A stretch of 35,382 nucleotides of DNA from a virus (taxonomy: Duplodnaviria > Caudoviricetes): positions 1 through 35,382 of IMG/VR virus record IMGVR_UViG_3300037991_006877, one strand, 5' to 3'. A model generated the notes under the pieces. The model was given only the letters and a program-made list of their open reading frames with translations, searched no databases and was not told where the DNA came from. Made by a program: the position numbers and the translations under genes. Every line of letters starts with the position of its first letter. Within the stretch, counting starts at the first letter, position 1. This document shows, in pieces, positions 9,538 through 18,814 of the stretch.

Positions 9538-10566
9538 CTATCTTTTATAAACTGTTAATTTTCTAAAGGTTTCTAACCAACCTTCTGTATTCTTAGTAAT
9601 TCCTTCTATTTTATCATTATCTAATAAATGAAGAAATGCTCCTGCTTGAAGATCAGGTATTGGACCTTTCATTACTTCTAATATATGATTTTTTTCTTTA
9701 TCATCCAACACTGTTTCGTGTAAATTCATAATTTCAAAATTATTTTCAACTTTAGTCCATTCATTAATAATTTTTGAAAATATTTTTTTACCTTCTATAT
9801 TTTTTTCACATACTTCAAATACATAATTTAAATCAGTATTAGGATCACTAACTACCTTAGGAAATTCCGATATTATAGTTTTTATACCTAACCCTTTTAC
9901 TCCTTTTAAATTATCTGAATTATCACCTAATAATGCTTTAACTAAATTATAATTTTCAGGTACAACTTGTAAAGCATCTTTAATATTTTCTTTTGTATAA
10001 AGAGTCTTTTTTATAGGTGCATATACTTCTACAGTATCGTCTACTAACTGCATAAAATCCTTATCTGAAGAAACAATAGTTAATTTTTTTACATTAGAAA
10101 TAGAAGCTTGCTTACCTATATAAGCCATAATATCATCCGCTTCCAGTTTCTCCATCATAATTTGTTGAACTGGTAAGCAATCAAGGTAGTCTCTTAATCT
10201 ATTTAACTGACCTATTAATGCTTCTGTTTCTTCTGCTTTGGTATCGTATAGACCCCAATGTGTTATTTTTGTATTAGCTCTTTGAGCTTTATAATCAGGA
10301 TTAATATTCTGCCGATTAGCAGAACCTCCTTTTCCATCCCATATAATTAATACTCTACTAGGTTCAAATGTTCTTACTAAAAATCCAAGAGAGCGTAAGA
10401 ACCCCACTAGCCCACCAATATGATAGCCATCAGGGTTCATCGCTTTTAGTAATGAAAAACTACGGATTAAAGTATTCATGGCATCAATAACCATGATATT
10501 ATCATTTAATTCTTGAGGTGGTTTTTCTTTAAGATTATTAAGAATATTATTATATTTAGAGCTCAT
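9538..10566 (-). CDS. 5'-3' exonuclease / flap endonuclease (T4 RNase H or Pol I N-terminal domain-like)
   Basis: VIDAMN, WDG, YKAQR, EADD, VSSDKDF.QL, L.GDNSDN..GV.G.G.KT. Confidence 0.92.
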   Translation of the reverse strand: MSSKYNNILNNLKEKPPQELNDNIMVIDAMNTLIRSFSLLKAMNPDGYHIGGLVGFLRSLGFLVRTFEPSRVLIIWDGKGGSANRQNINPDYKAQRANTKITHWGLYDTKAEETEALIGQLNRLRDYLDCLPVQQIMMEKLEADDIMAYIGKQASISNVKKLTIVSSDKDFMQLVDDTVEVYAPIKKTLYTKENIKDALQVVPENYNLVKALLGDNSDNLKGVKGLGIKTIISEFPKVVSDPNTDLNYVFEVCEKNIEGKKIFSKIINEWTKVENNFEIMNLHETVLDDKEKNHILEVMKGPIPDLQAGAFLHLLDNDKIEGITKNTEGWLETFRKLTVYKR

Positions 10567-11639
10567 TAGTCTAGTAAATTAGTAGTAATTTTTTCTTCTT
10601 CTAAATCTCCTTCTTCTACAAGATCAAAATCTACACTACCAACTAACTTTAACCAATGGTCTTTATATTGATTTTTATACTTATCAATTGCTCTTTTATC
10701 GTCAGGAATAAATCCATGTTGAGTCATTACTACTCTTCCTCTAGACTGTACTCCACCTATATGATTCTTTTCTACTTGTACATTTGTTCTTTTAGCAAAC
10801 TCTACCTGAAGCCCGTCTTTAATAGCTTTAATTTTAGACGTACCAGGATTAGTAATATTACCAAAAGTAACTACTAAAGTAGCATCATACCACATAGACA
10901 TACCACCTTTATTTTGTAACTTCGGCATTCCCATAGGTGATTCAGGTTTCTGAGTCCATACTTTATTAATAGCAACTAATGTATTAGTATAAGGATTACC
11001 TAATTTTCTAGAAAGTAAAATCTTTTGGTTTAAATTATTACCAAATTGAGTAGACATAGCACCTGCGTTCCATTCATTATTATTCTTATTAGAACGAACT
11101 GAAAGATCACAAGGTACAGAACCAACCGAATCCCATAAGAAGCAAATATCATAAGGTAAGTTTCCTTTCGATTGCTCATCCATAAGATCAGCCATATAAG
11201 CTGCAACGTCTTCAATAGTATTTAAAGTACCTCTATCAGCATATAAAAAGAAACCTTCATAATCTTTTATATCTCCGTCGTTATCTGTAACTTCTTCTAA
11301 TTCTAATCCCATTTCTTTTGCATGATCCCACGACCACTTCATCTCAGTAATAATAAAAACAGGAAGGATTCCTCTTTTTTGAGCACTAACAGCAGCTTCT
11401 ATTAAAGCTGTAGTTTTACCAGTATCACTATGACCACGTAATAACGTGATATGCCCAGTAGGTATACCAGGTAATGATGTGATATCTTGGAATGCTTTAG
11501 ATAAAGGTATCCATCCTTGCTCTTTAAATTTTACGGATGCATTAGAAAATCCTTTCTTCTTTTTGAACTTACCTAAGTCAAAATTTTTCTTGACTACCGC
11601 AGATGCGGCTTCCATAACTTCTTTTTTAGTTTTCGCCAT
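10566..11639 (-). CDS. uvsX: RecA/UvsX-like recombinase
   Basis: GIP.GHI..L.GHSDTGKT (Walker A), FLWDS (Walker B-like), GG loop, V.KNH; replication gene context. Confidence 0.85.
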   Translation of the reverse strand: MAKTKKEVMEAASAVVKKNFDLGKFKKKKGFSNASVKFKEQGWIPLSKAFQDITSLPGIPTGHITLLRGHSDTGKTTALIEAAVSAQKRGILPVFIITEMKWSWDHAKEMGLELEEVTDNDGDIKDYEGFFLYADRGTLNTIEDVAAYMADLMDEQSKGNLPYDICFLWDSVGSVPCDLSVRSNKNNNEWNAGAMSTQFGNNLNQKILLSRKLGNPYTNTLVAINKVWTQKPESPMGMPKLQNKGGMSMWYDATLVVTFGNITNPGTSKIKAIKDGLQVEFAKRTNVQVEKNHIGGVQSRGRVVMTQHGFIPDDKRAIDKYKNQYKDHWLKLVGSVDFDLVEEGDLEEEKITTNLLD

Positions 11640-11644
11640 ACTTA

Positions 11645-12421
11645 TTATTCGTTAAATAAATCGTCGAATTTGCTAACCTTATCATTTCCACCACCTGCTG
11701 TACTTAATGTAAAGTCAGACTTAGTAGTTTCAGTTGGTTGTGCCGGAGGAGTATTAACTTCTTCAGCATTAGGGTTAAGATAATTCTGTAGTTGTTTTTT
11801 AATAAACTCGTAATCATACTGTGTAAACGCCTCATTAGGATCTGGTTGTTCTTTTAACCAAGTTTCCACTAAATCATTATTATCTGATAGAGGAGTTTGT
11901 TTAGGTTTGATTCTTACGGTAGTAGTAGGGTAAGGATTACCTTGTTGTTGTTCAACTACTAAATCCCAACCGTTAATTACATCTGTATAATCACCTACAT
12001 CTTCATCTTCAGCTAATGCAAGAAGCGCTTTATAGATAGTTACACCGAATCCCCATAATCTTACTCCTTGGTCTTCTTGACCTCTTACTATAACAGGAGC
12101 AAATACTCTAGTTTTAGGGGTTAATTTACCTGCTAATGACCAGTTATCTTTATCAGACGTCTTTTTTAACTCATTAACAAATTCTTCTACCGGATCTTGT
12201 TTACCAAAATTCGATAATGCTACCATAGGATATTTACCTACACCATAATGGAATTTTAATTCCTTAAATGGAAATGTAGGATCAAAATGCGATGGTAAAA
12301 TTCTAACTACTTGTTTACCTATTTCAGGTTTCCAAAAAATCTTTGAGTAGTCCTTTTTTTCTCGGTCTCCAGAGGAGTTATTTAGCTCACCGAGCTTAGC
12401 TTTTATAGCTTTTAAATCCAT
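11645..12421 (-). CDS. Single-stranded DNA-binding protein, T4 gp32-like
   Basis: FWKP..G...VRILP, W.FG..IY, and an acidic C-terminal tail FDDLFNE; adjacent to the recombinase. Confidence 0.8.
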   Translation of the reverse strand: MDLKAIKAKLGELNNSSGDREKKDYSKIFWKPEIGKQVVRILPSHFDPTFPFKELKFHYGVGKYPMVALSNFGKQDPVEEFVNELKKTSDKDNWSLAGKLTPKTRVFAPVIVRGQEDQGVRLWGFGVTIYKALLALAEDEDVGDYTDVINGWDLVVEQQQGNPYPTTTVRIKPKQTPLSDNNDLVETWLKEQPDPNEAFTQYDYEFIKKQLQNYLNPNAEEVNTPPAQPTETTKSDFTLSTAGGGNDKVSKFDDLFNE

Positions 12422-12448
12422 AACTTTATTATTTTATAACTTATTTAA

Positions 12449-12480
12449 TTAATATAAGAAAAAAAGATTAATTATCCAAC
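12449..12480 (-). promoter_or_regulatory. Putative Bacteroidota-type promoter upstream of SSB
   Basis: Coding strand GTTG-N20-TATATTAA. Confidence 0.6.
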
Positions 12481-12926
12481 TCTATTATACGAAAAAGTTT
12501 AGTATTAATCCTTTTTAATTCCGGGCCTTTAGTTAACAAAACACAATTTCTATAATCAGCCCAATCTACTTTATAGTTTGTATCTAATACTCCACCATTA
12601 AGTTGTTTAATTAATGTATTTAGAGCATTAATAGTATAAAGTGTGTTTGTTTCTTTTTTTCTATGAACTAGAATAGTATTTTCGAGGAATGCTGAGACAT
12701 TTCCAAAGTCTACATTATAGGTACAAATGTATTCATCTTGGCTCTTTGAATAAAGTACAAAGATTTTGTTATATATTATTTTGTACTTATCTTTGATCTG
12801 GCTTAAATTTTGTTCCAAATCTGCTTCTGTTGAGAAAGTACAGAAAAGCTTGTTGTTCATATCTCCAGTTAGGTTTGTTATGTCGATATCATAATCAAAT
12901 ACCGGCTTCACCAAAACATTTTCCAT
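12468..12926 (-). CDS. Hypothetical protein (possible start at the internal MNNKLFCTF)
   Basis: 152-aa ORF in operon orientation; no recognisable family. Confidence 0.75.
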   Translation of the reverse strand: MENVLVKPVFDYDIDITNLTGDMNNKLFCTFSTEADLEQNLSQIKDKYKIIYNKIFVLYSKSQDEYICTYNVDFGNVSAFLENTILVHRKKETNTLYTINALNTLIKQLNGGVLDTNYKVDWADYRNCVLLTKGPELKRINTKLFRIIELDN

Positions 12927-12930
12927 TTGT

Positions 12931-12938
12931 TATAAATA
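12931..12938 (-). promoter_or_regulatory. TATTTATA box (putative phage late promoter)
   Basis: 4 nt upstream of the ATG at 12926; recurrent motif. Confidence 0.5.
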
Positions 12939-12948
12939 TTATATTTTT

Positions 12949-14271
12949 TTATAAAACTAGGTTCTCTGAAAACTTGAACTTAACTGGATACTTACCATCC
13001 TCGCTCAGAACGTTCTCTAGGTCGTCTAATATATTTTTTTCTTCTTTACTAAAATCGAATAATACTGAATCATACGTGTATAATACGACTTTTGTCTTTT
13101 TATCCTTAAGAAACCTTAATACTTCTTTTAATATAAGTATATTTCTTGAGGTTTCCAAACTTTGCATTAAATAATTCATTAATTTAGCAGGATTCATTCT
13201 TTTTAACTCTTCGGTAAAGGGTTTACCCGATATAGGATCACATACTACCCCTACTTCTTCATACATTTTCCATAAATTATCAATAAATTCTTTAATAAGT
13301 TTAAAAACTTCTAAATTTTTATGCTTTTTAGGTATTTTCCCATAAATTGCATGAAAATTAATTTGTTTTGCTTCTTTATACTGTTCTTCGGTAATATCTT
13401 CAGTACCAAAATAGTGTTTAGCAAGTTGTTTATGAGCAGATTCTATAGTAAGTGGATAATTAATCTGGTCGCAAAGTAACCGCAAGTGATAACCGTCAAA
13501 GTCAAACTCCACAAAGTAATCGTTTTGCGGTGTGAAGGTTTTTCTATGGCTCGGAGTGTGAGGAATAGCAGCGAAATTAACACTATTATAAGAATTAGTG
13601 GGTCTAGATGTAGCATTGTATAAATTATATGATGTTAGTACTTTATTATCTTTAATATTAAAAATAGGATTTCTAGGATTAAATAAATCTACAAAAGCAT
13701 TATGAATTATTCCTAAACCTTGTTGTTCTATTAAGTAAAATACGTTAGTAGCAATAAAGTTATAAAAATCAAACCCTGAAGGTTTTTCATATTTAGTAAC
13801 ATCTATTATTTTTTCGAATAAATTTTCATAATATTCATATATTTTACTAATAGGAATTATTTTATTAATATTTACATTATTTTCGTTTTTATTATAAAAA
13901 TAATGAATTGTTCTATTATAATCAGGTAATTCTAATCTATCATATTTAGTCATCGAATATATTAACGAAATATCTTTGCTATTAAGTAAATTAAAGTGAT
14001 ATAGCAAGTTTTTCCTATTCGATGTATATAGATTATCGTATTCTTTTAAAATATCGTAGACACGAGTTTTATCTACATTTAAACCTTCTTCATGATCTAT
14101 AGGAATTATAAAACCTTTACTAAAATCTAAAGGTCTAATATATAAAGCTGTAGTTGAAGTAAGTTTAGGATGAAAATAAAAATTAGAAGGAATAGCCTCT
14201 ACTAAACATGGCTTATCTTTATAACTTCTTAATCTCTGTAACTGTAGGTCGCTTTCGACTATATAAAACAT
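12949..14271 (-). CDS. Compact, atypical family A DNA polymerase-like protein
   Basis: TSRPTN...NFAAIP (cf. TGRLSS..PNLQNIP), motif A EFDFDGYHLRL, motif B AKQINFHAIYG, NYLMQS, motif C YTYDSVLFD. Confidence 0.8.
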   Translation of the reverse strand: MFYIVESDLQLQRLRSYKDKPCLVEAIPSNFYFHPKLTSTTALYIRPLDFSKGFIIPIDHEEGLNVDKTRVYDILKEYDNLYTSNRKNLLYHFNLLNSKDISLIYSMTKYDRLELPDYNRTIHYFYNKNENNVNINKIIPISKIYEYYENLFEKIIDVTKYEKPSGFDFYNFIATNVFYLIEQQGLGIIHNAFVDLFNPRNPIFNIKDNKVLTSYNLYNATSRPTNSYNSVNFAAIPHTPSHRKTFTPQNDYFVEFDFDGYHLRLLCDQINYPLTIESAHKQLAKHYFGTEDITEEQYKEAKQINFHAIYGKIPKKHKNLEVFKLIKEFIDNLWKMYEEVGVVCDPISGKPFTEELKRMNPAKLMNYLMQSLETSRNILILKEVLRFLKDKKTKVVLYTYDSVLFDFSKEEKNILDDLENVLSEDGKYPVKFKFSENLVL

Positions 14272-14290
14272 TTCTAAAACCTATTTTAAT

Positions 14291-14322
14291 CTAATATAGT
14301 AAAAAAAAGTTAACGAAACAAC
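14291..14322 (-). promoter_or_regulatory. Putative Bacteroidota-type promoter upstream of the PolA-like gene
   Basis: Coding strand GTTG-N20-TATATTAG. Confidence 0.6.
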
Positions 14323-14340
14323 TATCCGTCAATATAATTA

Positions 14341-16221
14341 CTAATAACCACTACCTCTTCGTGCTTTACCTGAAAGTACTGCTGCTCCTCCTGGTTGTCC
14401 ACCACCTTCTCTTGTACCTCTTCTTCTTTTTTCTTTTCCTGGTCTTCCTACAGATGTAGTTGAACTGGTGCCTTCCGCCATCATTTCTTCACCAGACCCT
14501 GTATTTGTACTAAATGATTCAGATGTAGCTCCTTCAGTAAAATCTCCTCCTTCTTCTCCTCCTCTTTTACTCCATTCAGTATTTCCAGCATTACTTTCTT
14601 TATATGCAGCATATCTTCTTCTCACACTAATTCTAGCTTGACGTATTTTAAATGGTTTTTCTTGCTGCTGTTTTGCTATTACTTCATCTTTCATCATATT
14701 TACCACTACCGTTCTTAAATTAGGTATTTGGTTTCTTTCCCTAGGAGTTAATGCACTTAATGCAGCATCTCTTTGTTCAGAAGTTAAAGTTACTGAGTCA
14801 TAATTAGTATTACTATCAGAATTAGGGTTAGTTGCTGGTGGTGCTGGGTCATCGTATAATCTGGCATGCTCTCCAGTAACTGTATATACTCCATTTTTTG
14901 CAGATTTAGAACTAGCATAACCATTAGCAGGAGAGTCAAAGTTATTTCTACTCCATCTAGCGTCTATTCTTTGTTTACCTGTTCCTAATTTTACTAAATT
15001 AAGTTTAACTCTAGATCTTAACGAACTTTCATTAGCTGCTATAACAGTTTCTTCACCAGTATAAATTTCTGGGTGTTTTGTACCGTTTAATATTATTCCT
15101 ACTAGAGTTTTTATTTTCTTTTCGTCTCTTTCCTGATCTAAACGTCTTCTTTTTTTCTTTCTTCTAGCTTTCGAACTCCAGTTTATAATACTCTGACTCA
15201 TATTCATTTCTTCAACATCTATTATAAGTTTAATTGCATTTAATCTTTCTTGTTTTTCTTGGTCATCTTCTAAAGCTTGTATTCTAGCTTCAGTATCTGC
15301 AATTTCAGCTTCTAATTCAGAAGTAATATTATCTTGTTGAGCTTCTACTGATTCAACTAACTCATCTATATCATCTAACCCTGCCGAAGCTGATATTAAT
15401 CCTGATTCTAGATCGTCTAATAAGTCCATATTAGGAGGATCAGGTAATTCTGCTTTTAAATCAGTTGGAGTTAAATCTTCTTCTTCCTCAATCTCTTCTT
15501 CAGTAGGAGGAGGTGGTGGATCCTCTAAAGGTTCAATTACTTCTACTGCTCCATCATACTCTGATATATCAGATAGTATATGTTCGGTAAATCCTTTATA
15601 ATTTTTAAAGAATTCAGTTATTCCAGGTATTATAGTTTCGGCTTGTAAAAGTACGTCTTTATTATTATTCTCTACTCCGGGGTATATATAACCTTCCAAT
15701 TGATAATCATCTGCTTCTCCTAATATATACCAAGATATTACAGTAGTTCTTTTATATCTTAAATCTCTATATTTTATATAATCTCTTTCACTAACTTCTA
15801 TTACTTCTTTAGTTCTAATATCAAAAAACATATATCTATCATAAAATCCTCTTTGATAATCATCTAAATAAGGTCTAGAATAGTGTCTTTTAATAATAGG
15901 TTCTTTTTCAGGATCTGCAGTTACTGAATTACTAACAGTAACTATATTAGAATAATTACCTAAATCAAAATCAGCCTTAGTTAATGCTATAACTTGATTA
16001 TTTCTTGTTTGTAGTAAAACTATATCAGCTGGTGTAGGTCTATTATTTCGAACTTTTCCATCTTCAGGGGGTGATTCTTTAGTATCGTCTAACTTTAGTC
16101 CTTTTCTGAAAAGTTTTTCCATAGCATTCCTAAATAAACCTTCGAAACCAGCAAAGTTACCAGAAAGTAAGTCAATACCTGGTTGAAGTTTTTTAATCAT
16201 TGATTTAGGATAGAATGCCAT
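14341..16221 (-). CDS. Hypothetical protein at the end of the tail/baseplate operon; Pro/Glu-rich linker, coiled coil, low-complexity C-terminus
   Basis: 626-aa ORF that starts 2 nt after the upstream gene; PPPPPTEEEIEEEE; heptad-like segment. Confidence 0.7.
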   Translation of the reverse strand: MAFYPKSMIKKLQPGIDLLSGNFAGFEGLFRNAMEKLFRKGLKLDDTKESPPEDGKVRNNRPTPADIVLLQTRNNQVIALTKADFDLGNYSNIVTVSNSVTADPEKEPIIKRHYSRPYLDDYQRGFYDRYMFFDIRTKEVIEVSERDYIKYRDLRYKRTTVISWYILGEADDYQLEGYIYPGVENNNKDVLLQAETIIPGITEFFKNYKGFTEHILSDISEYDGAVEVIEPLEDPPPPPTEEEIEEEEDLTPTDLKAELPDPPNMDLLDDLESGLISASAGLDDIDELVESVEAQQDNITSELEAEIADTEARIQALEDDQEKQERLNAIKLIIDVEEMNMSQSIINWSSKARRKKKRRRLDQERDEKKIKTLVGIILNGTKHPEIYTGEETVIAANESSLRSRVKLNLVKLGTGKQRIDARWSRNNFDSPANGYASSKSAKNGVYTVTGEHARLYDDPAPPATNPNSDSNTNYDSVTLTSEQRDAALSALTPRERNQIPNLRTVVVNMMKDEVIAKQQQEKPFKIRQARISVRRRYAAYKESNAGNTEWSKRGGEEGGDFTEGATSESFSTNTGSGEEMMAEGTSSTTSVGRPGKEKRRRGTREGGGQPGGAAVLSGKARRGSGY

Positions 16222-16223
16222 AA

Positions 16224-18509
16224 TTAAATATCGTTTTGCGAAGCGTTTTTCGTATCTGGGTTAATTTTTTCTGCTACAACTGGGTTAAGAGATTTATTCA
16301 GAGTTTCGTCTTTTATTTCTGCAAATCTTTCACCTGAGGGGCCTTGGGAAATACCAGGCATACTAGTAATTGATGTTGTCCATCTATTATCTTTTATATC
16401 ATGAGATATACCTATAATAGTATAAGTACTTCTTTCTGTTAAATATGAAGGTAACAATCCAGGAGATATTTTAAACTTTTCATTCATTTTAAATCCTGCA
16501 ATTCCGTCCATAGTTAAAGATAACTCAAAAGGTAATTTACCAAAAGGATATTTACCAAATAATCTAACAAATTCTTTTCTTACATAATTACCAAAATTAG
16601 TAGTTCCGGTTTCAAAATCTTTTGGATCTCTTTGAAGATCTCCTACAAAACTATTTATTAATTCTTCAAATTCTGTTACTTCTTCGGGGGGTGCAGGTGG
16701 TGGAGAATCTTGTTCTACATCTTCACCTATCGCATCACCAGTAGTATCCTGTACTTTTACTTTAAACCTATCTACAACTGAACCTAAAGAACTTAAAATA
16801 GATCCATCTGCTGATGTTTTACCGGAAGTATCACGAGATAAAATTGCATTTTGTGCAGCTAATTTACCAGTAACTTTAGTTTCTAGTTTAATTTCTTCAA
16901 CATTAGATTCTAACCCCTGTACTTGTATTTCAGATCGATTTATATTTCTAGCAGTATGTAGTTTATCGTCTATAAATACAAATGAACTATTTTTTTCTAA
17001 GTAAGATATTTTTATATCATTAAATCCTCCTAAATTTTGATTTATTTTACCTAATACTGTATCTATGTAGTCAGCTAAATCTACTGTATATTCTGCTGCT
17101 GATGCATACATCTCTTGTAATGTGTCTTTTAACATATTTACGTTAAGCCAAAGATCATATATATTATTACCAGTACCTGTGGCAAATACATCTTTTTTTC
17201 TCCATGCTGTATATAAATTTTCATTTTGAGGTAGCTTAGGTAAAATACATATACCAGGGTCTAATGCAAAATGATTAGCATAGGTTGCATATGCTGAGAA
17301 TATATTATATCCATATACCATCTTAATAAGTTTTTCTCCTTTGTTACCAGTAGGTAGTAAAGTATCATTCATTATTTTTACCCAGGTTTCAAATCTAATA
17401 TAAGTATATTCAGGCTGTTCAGTTTGTTTAGAAGCTGCTTTTTGCAAAAATATAGGAATATCTCTTTTTTTATCCCATTCACATGCATATCCTTTTTCTT
17501 GAACTAATGCCAGAGCATCAATAGGAGTTTGTCCTTTTTGTTGAAAAATCGATAAAATATCAGTAACAGGTGATAAATCGGTAGCTGTTTTAGATGATTC
17601 TATCAGTTTATTATCATATTGATCTTTTATAGCTTGAATTTCAACTTGAGTTAATTCTGTTTTGTTATCTAAAGCTTTTATATCATTTTGGTACTGTTCG
17701 TTACCACCTGGTGAGGCTAATAAAGGTAATGGTTTACCAGTTGCTTTCAATGCTTCAAGTATAGTACCTTTCCCAATTAATGAAAGTTTCATAGTATATA
17801 CACCGTCATTACCAAGCCCTACATTATAATTTGCTACTTTAGCAAAAACTCCTTTGTAATTGTAATCAGAATTTTCAGTAATTGTTCTTATTTGATCTTC
17901 TATTTCAATTTGAGTTTTATCGTTTTCAAAAAAGATATCAACTGTAGTACCATCATTCCTTATATTGCCTGAGTTATCTACAAAAGTGCTATTCCCAAAT
18001 TCTACTAATTGATAACTTCCTAATTTAAGATATAGTTCTTCAAATAATTCATATTGGGTAAGATCATATACTTGAAATTCTATATCTATCATTACAGTTG
18101 CACCTACTCCTGCTCCTTTAACTGAGTATTTGAAATTTGTAATTCCAGGTAAAGGTACTATTCCTTTATCTCCAGGATTTCTAGTATATGCTGATTTATC
18201 TGGGTTGGAAAGGTCAAAACCCTGTCTTAACCTAAAAGCTGTTTCTTCTTGAAACATAGTACCGCCAAATAATATATTTTTTTTAGCTAAATCTGGTGAA
18301 CCATTAATATTTGAACTAGAAGATAATTTTACCCATGCTGTTTTACTATTTAAGAATGATATTTCATCATCATTTTTATTTTTTTTAGCTTTTATGAAAC
18401 TACGAACTCTGAGTTGTTTCGTAACTCTAGGATCTACTGCTGAACCAAAAGCATTGCCGCCAAACTGATTTGCTTTAGCGCCTCCACCTGAAAAGCTAAA
18501 TAAAGCCAT
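16224..18509 (-). CDS. Putative baseplate hub/tail protein
   Basis: 761 aa, downstream of tape measure and gp53-like genes; P.PGIT, EFG, L..T.DGI.G and I.GISH.I....W.T motifs resemble contractile-tail hub proteins. Assignment is mainly from context. Confidence 0.55.
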   Translation of the reverse strand: MALFSFSGGGAKANQFGGNAFGSAVDPRVTKQLRVRSFIKAKKNKNDDEISFLNSKTAWVKLSSSSNINGSPDLAKKNILFGGTMFQEETAFRLRQGFDLSNPDKSAYTRNPGDKGIVPLPGITNFKYSVKGAGVGATVMIDIEFQVYDLTQYELFEELYLKLGSYQLVEFGNSTFVDNSGNIRNDGTTVDIFFENDKTQIEIEDQIRTITENSDYNYKGVFAKVANYNVGLGNDGVYTMKLSLIGKGTILEALKATGKPLPLLASPGGNEQYQNDIKALDNKTELTQVEIQAIKDQYDNKLIESSKTATDLSPVTDILSIFQQKGQTPIDALALVQEKGYACEWDKKRDIPIFLQKAASKQTEQPEYTYIRFETWVKIMNDTLLPTGNKGEKLIKMVYGYNIFSAYATYANHFALDPGICILPKLPQNENLYTAWRKKDVFATGTGNNIYDLWLNVNMLKDTLQEMYASAAEYTVDLADYIDTVLGKINQNLGGFNDIKISYLEKNSSFVFIDDKLHTARNINRSEIQVQGLESNVEEIKLETKVTGKLAAQNAILSRDTSGKTSADGSILSSLGSVVDRFKVKVQDTTGDAIGEDVEQDSPPPAPPEEVTEFEELINSFVGDLQRDPKDFETGTTNFGNYVRKEFVRLFGKYPFGKLPFELSLTMDGIAGFKMNEKFKISPGLLPSYLTERSTYTIIGISHDIKDNRWTTSITSMPGISQGPSGERFAEIKDETLNKSLNPVVAEKINPDTKNASQNDI

Positions 18510-18814
18510 TATCTATTACTGTTTACGGATCTATACAGCTGTAATACTCTTTGTTTGCTTAAAGGAATTCGTAACTGTACTCCTGGTTTAACTACTAAAT
18601 TATCTCTTACAGAAGTGTTTGCTGATGCAATAGCCCACCATAGTGAACTATCTTTATAAAATTGTTGTGCTAAAGTATCATACCTATCACCACCTGTTGT
18701 AATAACATATATATCTTCTTCAGTTTCTGGAATATCTGGGTATATCGGATTAAGATAATACTGTTCATTATCTTCCGTAGAAATCTTTTTTATATTTTTA
18801 TATCTATCTATCAT
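18509..18814 (-). CDS. Baseplate wedge protein, gp53/LysM-like
   Basis: GDRYDTLAQQFYKDSSLWWAIASAN...PGVQLRIP. Confidence 0.8.
   Translation of the reverse strand: MIDRYKNIKKISTEDNEQYYLNPIYPDIPETEEDIYVITTGGDRYDTLAQQFYKDSSLWWAIASANTSVRDNLVVKPGVQLRIPLSKQRVLQLYRSVNSNR

Noticed and set aside
5400-14271. Introns, inteins or homing endonucleases in RNR, helicase, RecA or Pol genes
   Set aside because: The proteins are compact and continuous, with no insertion-sized segments.
15140-15170. RRKKKRRR as a nuclear localisation signal implying a eukaryotic virus
   Set aside because: The contractile tail and bacterial-type operon structure indicate a phage, and basic patches are non-specific.
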